Shown here: piece after piece, positions 37,399 through 45,772 of the stretch
Numbering within the stretch: the stretch's first letter is position 1
Layout of the letters: each line of letters starts with the position of its first letter
DNA from: Candidatus Latescibacterota bacterium
Lineage (GTDB): Bacteria > Latescibacterota > UBA2968
Assembly (NCBI GenBank): GCA_965204375.1
Contig: OZ241986.1
Span: forward strand, 3,456,001 to 3,520,000
Direction of reading: 5' to 3'
DNA length: 64,000 bases
Program-made: the position numbers and the translations under genes
The notes under the pieces: generated by a model
Seen by the model: the letters and a program-made list of their open reading frames with translations, nothing else
The model's database searches: none
Told to the model about the DNA's origin: nothing

Positions 37399-39717
37399 AT
37401 GCGATTCAACGCACGTCCAATATTGTGGGGCCTTGCGGTAATGCTCGCGCTAATGCTGTGCGCGCCGAGCATTGTGCAGGCCCAGAGCATGGAATATCTC
37501 AACCGGGGCAAGCTGTGGGATGGCGTGGTTGAGAACGGTGGATCCGGAATGATCTTCAACTACCAGAAGATCTACGAGCGGATCGGCCTGGCCTATCCGG
37601 GCATGCTGCAGTTGAGCGGTTCGTATGGGTCGCGGAGTACCAAATGGTACCAGTCCTCTGGTCAGGGCGTCTGGATTCTCCTGAAAGATGGGGGAACCTA
37701 CGAGGTGTATTCCAGCGGCGGTCCGCGCTACAACAGCGATGGCGTTTTCCAGGTAGATTATCCCGCAGACCAGAAAGAAGAGCAGCATCAGGGCTATGAC
37801 AACCAACCCCTTAGCGACGACGCCTCGCTTTTGGAAACGCACGGCTTGCCGAGTTTTGTACAGCCCAACTACTGGGTAGGCGTGGCGCCGCCGAGTGCGC
37901 GTCCCGTGAATATCCACAACTGGACCTATGGGGAATACGCGACCCCGGATAAGGACAGCTATGGCGAGCAGGTCGTAATCGCCCATTGGCGGGCAGGCGA
38001 TATTCTGGGCACGCGCAAAGGCCGCGTGTGGAGCCATCCGGATTACGACGACTTCATCATATACGAGTTGACATTCGAGAACGTGGGTGACAAACCTTTG
38101 AACGACACGTACTTTGCGATGAACAACATCTTTCGGCCTGCACAGCCCGGACATATCTTCACGGGTGGCTATCCGCTCTGGTATGCCGGAACCAATACGG
38201 CTGCTTATGACGACCACTACAAATACACGGGATCGCCGGGCTATGTGGGGCCTTCAGGCGTATCTGCCGAGGCCATCGCAAAGGCTCGAATGAGCTATAG
38301 CTATGACGGGGATTATCCCCTCAGTCCACACGATGACAGGGGAGAGCCACTGGTCAAATCGCGTGAAGACCCGCGTTATCCACCGCAGATTGACCGCCCC
38401 GAAGGCACCCTGCTGTCGGCCGCGTACATTGGCTTTGCCACCATCGATGCAGATCCCACCGACGGATTTGCCCACGAGCCAGATGCAGCGTCTAAGTACG
38501 TAGCACCCAAAGTGGCAGAACAGCCCGTTTCGGTCAATTGGTACCAGGTGCGCAACCGGTCGGACTACGACGACCCGCACGAAGCGCAGCACTCAGACGA
38601 GCAGATGTACGACATGATCACGTCTCCAACGCCTTCTGACCCCACAGAAGTATCCGCATACGCCCACACCCAGGCCTGGGGACCTTATGACCTGGCACCG
38701 GGCGAGAAAGCCAAGGTGGTGACGGCTTATGTGGCTGCTCAGGCGTCTGGTCACGATAAGTACAAAGGCCAAGTCCAGCCCTACGACTGGTACTGGATGT
38801 TCGAAGGCAAAAAGGACGAAATCGATCTGGGCGAAGAAGTGCTCTTCAAACACCTGGAAAGGGCGCAAAATGCCTACGAACTGGACTACAACGTGCCCAA
38901 TCAGCCGCCAGATGTGTACTTCGAGATCCGCAGCAATGCCGACGGCAACTTTACCGTTAGCTGGTCTGGCGACGTGATGGACGCGCGCGATCCCGACTAC
39001 ACGGGCGCTGAGGCTCAGGACATAGCTGGTTTTCGCGTCTATGTGTCGCGTCAGGCTTTCTTCGGTCCATGGGAACTCGCCGTTGAGGTAAAGACCGATC
39101 CCGTCTCGGGGCCTGTCAACCTGCCCGATGGCGTGACCTATGACAGCGCGACCAACTTCTTCTCCTGGACGGATACCGGGTCCCTGCCCGGCTTTGCCTA
39201 TTGGTACATTGTGCGGGCCTTTGACAAGGGCCACGACCACTGGACAGGCGCCAATGGCAAAACCATGGCCGATCTGCCTCCCGATGTGCAGGACAATGTG
39301 CGCATGGGATTGGAAGGCGGACACAGTTCGCAAAACCAGATCAGCTATCACAACGGCGTCCGCCCCGTGGTGATTTCCAGTTCGGCATTCGACCGCATGG
39401 AAGTGCCAATTCAAGTGGTGCCCAATCCGTTCCATCTGACGGACAAGGCCGGCCACTACAAGGCATCGAAAAATATGCGGTTCACGGGGTTGCCGCGCCA
39501 TGCCCGCATCAGCATCTACTCTATATCGGGCAACTTGATCGTCACCAAAATCCACAACAACGCATCGCAAGGTGAGGCTGTGTGGAACCAGAACACGATG
39601 CATTCGGGCAACGTAACCGAGCGGCTCGGCAGCGGCGTGTATTTCTGGGTGGTGGAGTCCTTAGTTCCGGGCAGTGAAGGCAAAACGCAGACCGGTACAT
39701 TGATGATTATTCGATAA
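37399..39717 (+). CDS. large secreted protein with T9SS type-A-like C-terminal sorting domain (module 2)
   Basis: Signal ending QA-Q, WSHPDYDDFII, DIAGFRVYVS, C-terminal IQVVPNPF...ISIYSISGNLI...GVYFWVV...GTLMIIR. Confidence 0.8.
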   Translation: MRFNARPILWGLAVMLALMLCAPSIVQAQSMEYLNRGKLWDGVVENGGSGMIFNYQKIYERIGLAYPGMLQLSGSYGSRSTKWYQSSGQGVWILLKDGGTYEVYSSGGPRYNSDGVFQVDYPADQKEEQHQGYDNQPLSDDASLLETHGLPSFVQPNYWVGVAPPSARPVNIHNWTYGEYATPDKDSYGEQVVIAHWRAGDILGTRKGRVWSHPDYDDFIIYELTFENVGDKPLNDTYFAMNNIFRPAQPGHIFTGGYPLWYAGTNTAAYDDHYKYTGSPGYVGPSGVSAEAIAKARMSYSYDGDYPLSPHDDRGEPLVKSREDPRYPPQIDRPEGTLLSAAYIGFATIDADPTDGFAHEPDAASKYVAPKVAEQPVSVNWYQVRNRSDYDDPHEAQHSDEQMYDMITSPTPSDPTEVSAYAHTQAWGPYDLAPGEKAKVVTAYVAAQASGHDKYKGQVQPYDWYWMFEGKKDEIDLGEEVLFKHLERAQNAYELDYNVPNQPPDVYFEIRSNADGNFTVSWSGDVMDARDPDYTGAEAQDIAGFRVYVSRQAFFGPWELAVEVKTDPVSGPVNLPDGVTYDSATNFFSWTDTGSLPGFAYWYIVRAFDKGHDHWTGANGKTMADLPPDVQDNVRMGLEGGHSSQNQISYHNGVRPVVISSSAFDRMEVPIQVVPNPFHLTDKAGHYKASKNMRFTGLPRHARISIYSISGNLIVTKIHNNASQGEAVWNQNTMHSGNVTERLGSGVYFWVVESLVPGSEGKTQTGTLMIIR

Positions 39718-39735
39718 TGAGGAGGAGGCCAGGAC

Positions 39736-40725
39736 ATGAAAAGAAATACCCTCTTAATCGGACTGATTGTGGCCCTTATGGCTGGGCTTTCGGCCCCTCC
39801 TGTATTGGCCGAAGAAGTCAAGTCCGGTTTTCGGCGCACGGCATCTACCGGCTTTGGATTCCTGCTGGTGGGGCAAAGCGCGCGAGCCACGGCGATGGGC
39901 GAAGCCTATATACCTATCGCCAACGATATCAACGCGATTTTCTGGAATCCCGCGGGGCTGGTCGCCATCGAGCGCGGGGCTTTTTCCGCTACGTACACGC
40001 GCTGGCTGGTCAACTCGAAGCTGTATTCGGGTGCCGTGTCTTACAATATTCCATTCGGGACATTGGGCGTCAGCGTCATTTCGTTTGCACCTGAGCAATT
40101 TGAAGAGACCACGATCTTTGAGCCACAGGGCACGGGAGAGATGGTCAACGGCAATGGCACGGCGCTGGGGCTCGTATTTGCCAAGCGCCTGACCAATAAA
40201 TTGTCGTTTGGGCTGGAGGTGCGCTACTTGCAGCAGAACCTGCACAGAGAACAGATTACCCACATCGACTTCGGGGTATCCAGCATGTTTGCCACGGGCT
40301 TTGCCAGCAGCCGCATCGGCATGTCGCTGAAAAACTTCGGAGCAGACAAAGCCGTCGTGACCGATGACCCATTTCGGATGCCAATGGTGTTCAATTTTGG
40401 CGCTGCCATGGAAATTATCGGCAATTTGGGCGATCCGGTCTCATTGACATTATCGCTGGTAAATGCCTATAATCTGGAGGTAGAAAAAGAGCAATTCAGA
40501 ATAGGCACAGAATTGTGGTTACAAAATATGCTGGCTCTGCGCGCGGGCTATAAGTTCGACAAAGGTCTCTTTGGGTTCAACAGAGATATCTATAGCTGGT
40601 CTATCGGCGCGGGAGTCAAGCAGAGCTTCGCAGGGCGAAGTCTCGCAGTTGACTTCTCGTATGCGGCCGTGGAGGAAGTCGCGTTTTCCGCGCCGCTGCG
40701 ATTGACCCTTAGTGGAACATTCTGA
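39736..40725 (+). CDS. PorV/PorQ-family outer-membrane beta-barrel (module 2)
   Basis: FLLVGQSARATAMGEA...FWNPAG, LRAGY, terminal SGTF. Confidence 0.88.
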   Translation: MKRNTLLIGLIVALMAGLSAPPVLAEEVKSGFRRTASTGFGFLLVGQSARATAMGEAYIPIANDINAIFWNPAGLVAIERGAFSATYTRWLVNSKLYSGAVSYNIPFGTLGVSVISFAPEQFEETTIFEPQGTGEMVNGNGTALGLVFAKRLTNKLSFGLEVRYLQQNLHREQITHIDFGVSSMFATGFASSRIGMSLKNFGADKAVVTDDPFRMPMVFNFGAAMEIIGNLGDPVSLTLSLVNAYNLEVEKEQFRIGTELWLQNMLALRAGYKFDKGLFGFNRDIYSWSIGAGVKQSFAGRSLAVDFSYAAVEEVAFSAPLRLTLSGTF

Positions 40726-40757
40726 TGCGCTCATTGGCATAAAGCCCACGCATTTCT

Positions 40758-40795
40758 GGCGGCGGTCCAGCGAGGATAGGGCCGCCGCCTTTTTT
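40758..40795 (+). terminator. intrinsic terminator after porV-2
   Basis: ggcggcggtcc...gggccgccgcc followed by T6. Confidence 0.8.
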
Positions 40796-40826
40796 ATTAA
40801 GTCGGCTCGATATTAAAGGATCTGCC

Positions 40827-42791
40827 GTGGCGATTTCCGAACGCACAACTGAGGCACCAGAAACAGTTGTAGAACCCCAGGGAGTGACGCTCAGAGCCTT
40901 TATTCTGGCGATGATCACAATTGCAGGGGTGTGTATTTTCGCGACTTATTACGGGCGAAATTTGATGAAAAGTTTTTTGCCCGTAACCGCATTACTGCCC
41001 CTCGTGGTGTGGATCGGGATAAACACCGCGTTAAAACTAACAGCGCCCCGATTCGCCCTATCGCGCAGCGAAGTAGTGACCATTTTTGGGATCGTGTGGA
41101 TGGTATCTACGGTACCCGCAATCGGATGGGTGGGGTATTTAATCACGGATATTTCGGCACCCGCGGCCTTTTCATCACCCGAAAACCGATTCTGGGAAGT
41201 AGCGGGTCAGTACCTGCCTCGATGGTTATTTATGGATCGGGGAAGCGAAGTGGTAGAGCGGCTATACGTGGGATTGGGGCACAGAGATGAGATTCCCTGG
41301 GCGCACTGGGTCGTCCCGCTGTTCTGGTGGTTTGTGGGGAGTCTATCTCTGGTACTGGCCGGATTTTTTGCCAGCGTACTATTCTACAAACAGTGGCTGA
41401 TGCACGAGCGCCTGTCCTTTCCCCTCGCTGCCGTACCTCTGGCGCTTTTGGAAGAATCCGAGGGAAGCCGGGTTCCCGATGTATTCAAAGACTGGGTTTT
41501 CTGGGCCGGGTTTGCGTGTACAGCCGGCGTGATTTTCTGGAATATCACCGGCTATTTTGTCCTGACATTGCCCCGCATCACGATCTACGACCACTGGCTG
41601 ACCACAGCGGTAGATACGGGACAGTATATTCCCACCATCTATTTGCGCATTCACCCCCTGATGATGGGTCTGGCCTATTTGTGCCCGCTGAATATATTGA
41701 TGAGTTTCTGGTTTTTTTTCCTCGTCAATGCGTTTAAGATGACAGTGATGAACCGCACGGGCTTTACCATCGGGTTGCAGGGCCAGACAGCCGCGCCCGA
41801 AGAGATTTTGATGCTGGAGGCGCACGGCGCACTGGTTTTTCTCGTTCTCTGGTCAGTATGGGTGGCCCGAGATCACTTGAAAGAGACGCTACACAAGGCT
41901 TTCGGAGACCTGCGCTCACAAGACGACGGGGTGCCCGTATCCTATCGCACAGCCTGGCTGGGATTTTTAAGTGCCACAATTTTTTTCACCGGTTTTTTGC
42001 TCTCAATGGGCATCAGCCTACCCTCGGCAATGGTGCAGATGGGCCTGCTATTCGTCATCTACCTCGGCGTAACCAAATTTGCGGCAGCCACGGGCTACGT
42101 GTTCCTCGCGCCCCAGGGAGAAAAAGGGTGGCAGATTATGAAGGCCCTCTACGGGACATTAAATATTTCGAGCCGGGATTTGACGGGTTTGATAGTGGTG
42201 AGCCGAAACGCGCTCGCCGGAGCGCCAGCCCGAATGCTATCTGTGCCAGCAATTCCCCATTTTTTTAAGCTCCTGGGCAATGGGCTGCAGCGTTCCTGGG
42301 CTATCGTGGGTGTGTTGCCCGTTGCCCTCCTGGGGGCATTTGCAGTGGCCTGTGCCGCACAGCTCTATCTGTGTTACATGGAAGGCGGATTGAATCATGC
42401 CTATATGCCCGACTGGCGACACATGGTCAGGCAAGTGTCGCTGATTGAAGGGACACAGCCAGCGTATTTCGACCTGGACAAAACCATAGTGTGGTTTTTG
42501 GGTATTGCCGAGGCGGGATTATTGACGCTCTTGGGCATGCGGTACGCGGCCTGGCCAATTCACCCGTTCGGTCTGGCTTTTCCAGACAACCGATTTCGCT
42601 ATGGATTTGGGATATTCATCGTATGGCTGGCCAAGTCATTGACATTGCGCTTTGGCGGGGTGAGCCTCTACCGGCGATCACTGCCATTTTGGTATGGTAT
42701 TGTGGTGGGATATCTGGTGGGAGTGGGAGCTTCGACAGTAGTAGATGCGATCTGGTTTCCATTGAACCGACATTTTGTACACGGATGGTAA
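40827..42791 (+). CDS. DUF6785/DUF6784-like polytopic membrane protein (module 2)
   Basis: GVTLRA, SPENRFW, QWLMHERLSFPLA, WPIHPFG, ends HGW like its paralog. Confidence 0.75.
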   Translation: MAISERTTEAPETVVEPQGVTLRAFILAMITIAGVCIFATYYGRNLMKSFLPVTALLPLVVWIGINTALKLTAPRFALSRSEVVTIFGIVWMVSTVPAIGWVGYLITDISAPAAFSSPENRFWEVAGQYLPRWLFMDRGSEVVERLYVGLGHRDEIPWAHWVVPLFWWFVGSLSLVLAGFFASVLFYKQWLMHERLSFPLAAVPLALLEESEGSRVPDVFKDWVFWAGFACTAGVIFWNITGYFVLTLPRITIYDHWLTTAVDTGQYIPTIYLRIHPLMMGLAYLCPLNILMSFWFFFLVNAFKMTVMNRTGFTIGLQGQTAAPEEILMLEAHGALVFLVLWSVWVARDHLKETLHKAFGDLRSQDDGVPVSYRTAWLGFLSATIFFTGFLLSMGISLPSAMVQMGLLFVIYLGVTKFAAATGYVFLAPQGEKGWQIMKALYGTLNISSRDLTGLIVVSRNALAGAPARMLSVPAIPHFFKLLGNGLQRSWAIVGVLPVALLGAFAVACAAQLYLCYMEGGLNHAYMPDWRHMVRQVSLIEGTQPAYFDLDKTIVWFLGIAEAGLLTLLGMRYAAWPIHPFGLAFPDNRFRYGFGIFIVWLAKSLTLRFGGVSLYRRSLPFWYGIVVGYLVGVGASTVVDAIWFPLNRHFVHGW

Positions 42792-42803
42792 TGGAGGTGT
42801 GTC

Positions 42804-45293
42804 ATGGTGCGTTTTGTGTTTCTGATGATACTGATATTCTCTTCAGCAACGGCCTTTGCCACGACCGAAACAGATTCTCTAACCGCCCTGGGTGAACAGC
42901 AGATGGCGACTGGCTTATTCGAGGCAGCAGTCGAGACATTTGTCCAATTGGCCAGAGCCAAACCCGAAGATGTCGAGGTGCAAACGCAACTGGGGTATGC
43001 GTATTTGAAGGCGAAAAATTACGAAGCTGCCGAAAAGGCTTTTAAGGCAGCCAAGAAACTGGACAAGACCTTTGTCCCCGCCTATGTCGGGCTGGGGATG
43101 GCCTATGTGGAAGGACCGGCAAAGGGTTTGGAAGCCGTGTATCACTTTCGACGCGCAGTGGGCGAGGCCAAACGGGCGACCAAACTCGATCCGAATTACG
43201 CGCCAGCCTATCGACTTCTGAGCGAACTCTACGAACGGTTTCGAGAGGACCGCGAAAAGGCGATCACATACTATTTGCAATACCTCAAACTGGAGCCAGA
43301 CAACCCGACGGGACTTTATCCTTTCGGGCTGGTCTGCATTCAGGCTGGGCAATACGACAAAATCGAGCGGTATATCATCCCCTATCTGAAGACCCATCCC
43401 GACGCCATCCAACTTTTACCTCTGGCTGCTCAGAGCTACTTTTTTCTCGAACATTACGAAGCAGCACTGGAACATTTTGAGCGTTATTTGCAGCACCAGG
43501 ACGAGGAGGAGCGGGCGCATTATACCGATATTTTTCTCGTGGCCTCTGGAAAAGAGCGACAGGCATATCAGGCTCTGTCCGACGAAGGCGAGCGCCAGGC
43601 TTATCTAAAAGGGTTCTGGAGGCGGCGGGACCCCGATATTTTGACCGGAATCAACGAGCGGATCATTGAACACTATCGCCGTGTGTGGTACGCGCGGACG
43701 TTTTTCTCCAAATACGAGCAACCCTGGGACAAGCGTGGGGAGGTCTATATCCGCTATGGAGAACCCGATCACCGCGCCCGGTCTCTCGAGCGGCAGGTGC
43801 GTGTAAGCCCAGAGGTCGAGGCAGTGCGCACACAGATGGCGGTAGATATGTACGGCCCAGAAGCCGCGTACCTGACGTTTAGCGGTCCGGTTTTTCCGGT
43901 AAAGGTGCAGCGCGATCCCTATAGCATCAGCGTGACATTCAACGCGCCAGACGAATTGCTCGAAGCCACGCTGGCCCGTCCAGGAGGGCAAACGCCCGAA
44001 TCAAATATGGACGAAGAGGACGATGTGCTGGTGACGCAGGCAGAACAGGGGGGTCTGGAGAGTCTCGAAGCCCAGGTATTTCAGGACGTACCCGGCGAAT
44101 CGGAATTTGTGAACCAGCGCAACGACGCATGGCGGGTGAATCCCCGGTTCGGGTTTGAAGATTACGCGCCCGTAACACTCGACTCAGAATTTCAGGCAGT
44201 ACCCTGGGAAGCATGGACCTATACCCAACTCGGACGCGGTGTGGAATTCACCTTTACCGACGAACTGTCCAGCGGCCGATTTGAATTTGCCCCAATGCCA
44301 ACCACACCCACAGGAGAACGGGTCATCAGCAAAGTCGGGCGCCTGACCGAACACGCCCCAGCAGTGATGTTCGAACGGGTCCAGGACGAGACGCCCGATT
44401 ATTACCGCCCGGGAATAGGCAAAGCTCCGCTGCACTTTTTTTACGACCTGGCCTCTTTTCGGGGCCCCGGCGAGCAGACCACGCTGGAAGTCTATTACGG
44501 CGTACCGCCAGGAGAAGTGAAAATCGGACAGGCGGAAGAACAGGACTATATCCGGGTACAGGCGGCATTGGCACTGGCCGACGCGGGCCATACCCATATT
44601 TACAGAGAAGCCGAGGTCTTTTTGTACGAACGCCCCCAAAACGAGGGGTTCAGCCGGGCAAAAGGCGTATTTGTGCCCGATGTATTGACCCTGAATATTC
44701 CGCCGGGAGAATACGAACTTCAGGTACAACTCAAAGATATGAATTCTGGACGGGTGGGGCTTTATAAACAGGCCGTAGATGTACGGGATTATACGTCGCA
44801 GGCACTTCAAATTAGCGATATTGAACTGGCTTATGACATCGGCGAGAAGCCGTCGAATACCCGGTTTTTGAAGGAGGACATCTGGGTCGTGCCAATGCCT
44901 TCTCGAGCGTATGCCGGATCGCAAAAGGTTTACGTCTATTTTGAACTCTACAATTTGAAACAGGACGCATTTGGGCAGACCCGCTATAAAGTGCAATATC
45001 TGGTTCGATACAACCCCAGGGCCATATCTGGCATTCTGGGTTCGGTCGCCACGGGACTGAGCGCGTTTATCAAATACCGCAAACCGCAGGTATCCGTCAG
45101 TTATGAACAGGTGGGCACAGATACGCGCACGCGCGAATACGTCGAACTGGATTTGCAGAAGGTCAAGCGCGGGGTGAATGTGCTGGAGATACAGATTACG
45201 GATCTCGTGAGCGGTGAACAAACCAGCAGAGCGGTGAGTTTTCAATATGGAAAACAGAGCGAGGAGGATAAACAGAAAATTGCACAGGAGTGA
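42804..45293 (+). CDS. TPR-repeat and GWxTD-domain secreted protein
   Basis: Signal peptide, several TPRs, FWRRRDP..NE...HYRR...WDKRGEVYIRYGEPD. Confidence 0.8.
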   Translation: MVRFVFLMILIFSSATAFATTETDSLTALGEQQMATGLFEAAVETFVQLARAKPEDVEVQTQLGYAYLKAKNYEAAEKAFKAAKKLDKTFVPAYVGLGMAYVEGPAKGLEAVYHFRRAVGEAKRATKLDPNYAPAYRLLSELYERFREDREKAITYYLQYLKLEPDNPTGLYPFGLVCIQAGQYDKIERYIIPYLKTHPDAIQLLPLAAQSYFFLEHYEAALEHFERYLQHQDEEERAHYTDIFLVASGKERQAYQALSDEGERQAYLKGFWRRRDPDILTGINERIIEHYRRVWYARTFFSKYEQPWDKRGEVYIRYGEPDHRARSLERQVRVSPEVEAVRTQMAVDMYGPEAAYLTFSGPVFPVKVQRDPYSISVTFNAPDELLEATLARPGGQTPESNMDEEDDVLVTQAEQGGLESLEAQVFQDVPGESEFVNQRNDAWRVNPRFGFEDYAPVTLDSEFQAVPWEAWTYTQLGRGVEFTFTDELSSGRFEFAPMPTTPTGERVISKVGRLTEHAPAVMFERVQDETPDYYRPGIGKAPLHFFYDLASFRGPGEQTTLEVYYGVPPGEVKIGQAEEQDYIRVQAALALADAGHTHIYREAEVFLYERPQNEGFSRAKGVFVPDVLTLNIPPGEYELQVQLKDMNSGRVGLYKQAVDVRDYTSQALQISDIELAYDIGEKPSNTRFLKEDIWVVPMPSRAYAGSQKVYVYFELYNLKQDAFGQTRYKVQYLVRYNPRAISGILGSVATGLSAFIKYRKPQVSVSYEQVGTDTRTREYVELDLQKVKRGVNVLEIQITDLVSGEQTSRAVSFQYGKQSEEDKQKIAQE

Positions 45294-45316
45294 TTGTACT
45301 GAGGTGGTTGGGCACC

Positions 45317-45345
45317 CAAGGGCACGGGATTCACGGGTGGTAATT
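45317..45345 (+). pseudogene. 3'-terminal scar of a third DUF6785-like gene
   Basis: caagggcacgggattcacgggtggtaatt (QGHGIHGW*) is 27/29 identical to 34121-34149. Confidence 0.65.
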
Positions 45346-45351
45346 GCTGTA

Positions 45352-45678
45352 CTACAGCTTGACACAATCTAACCTCAGCCGAAACCCCAAGGCGGAAATA
45401 ATAGCCATCAGATTGTCGAGCTTTGGTTTGCTGCGACTTGAAAGCACGCGATAGAGATGTTCGCGGTTCAATCCGGCGCGTTCTGCCAACGCACCAACCC
45501 CACCTTGTGCCTGGGCGACATCGCGCAAGGCCAATAACAGCCCATCCGTCTCCCCACTTGCTTCACACTCATCCAGTGCCACTTCCAGATAAGCCCGAGC
45601 ATCTTCGGGATCTTTAAGAGCTTCTATCAGCCCTTCTTCATAACTGACCGTGTGTTTCAAAACCTGTTTTTTAGTCAT
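45352..45678 (-). CDS. addiction-module antidote protein (HI1420-like Xre HTH), no toxin adjacent
   Basis: AYLEVAL...LLALRDVAQAQGG..LAERAGLNREHLYRVLS...PKL..L..ALG. Confidence 0.85.
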   Translation of the reverse strand: MTKKQVLKHTVSYEEGLIEALKDPEDARAYLEVALDECEASGETDGLLLALRDVAQAQGGVGALAERAGLNREHLYRVLSSRSKPKLDNLMAIISALGFRLRLDCVKL

Positions 45679-45686
45679 TTTTAGAA

Positions 45687-45704
45687 TGTAGCGTACACGC
45701 TACA
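45687..45704. promoter_or_regulatory. palindromic operator candidate upstream of the antitoxin
   Basis: TGTAGCGT-ac-ACGCTACA, a perfect 8-bp inverted repeat. Confidence 0.55.
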
Positions 45705-45715
45705 AAAAATAAACG

Positions 45716-45754
45716 AAAAAAATGAACGGGACTCAATGGTTCAAGCCCCGTTCA
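45716..45754 (-). terminator. terminator of the ECF sigma gene
   Basis: tgaacggg...cccgttca stem with A7 on +. Confidence 0.6.
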
Positions 45755-45772
45755 CACTGACTGGATCCTATT

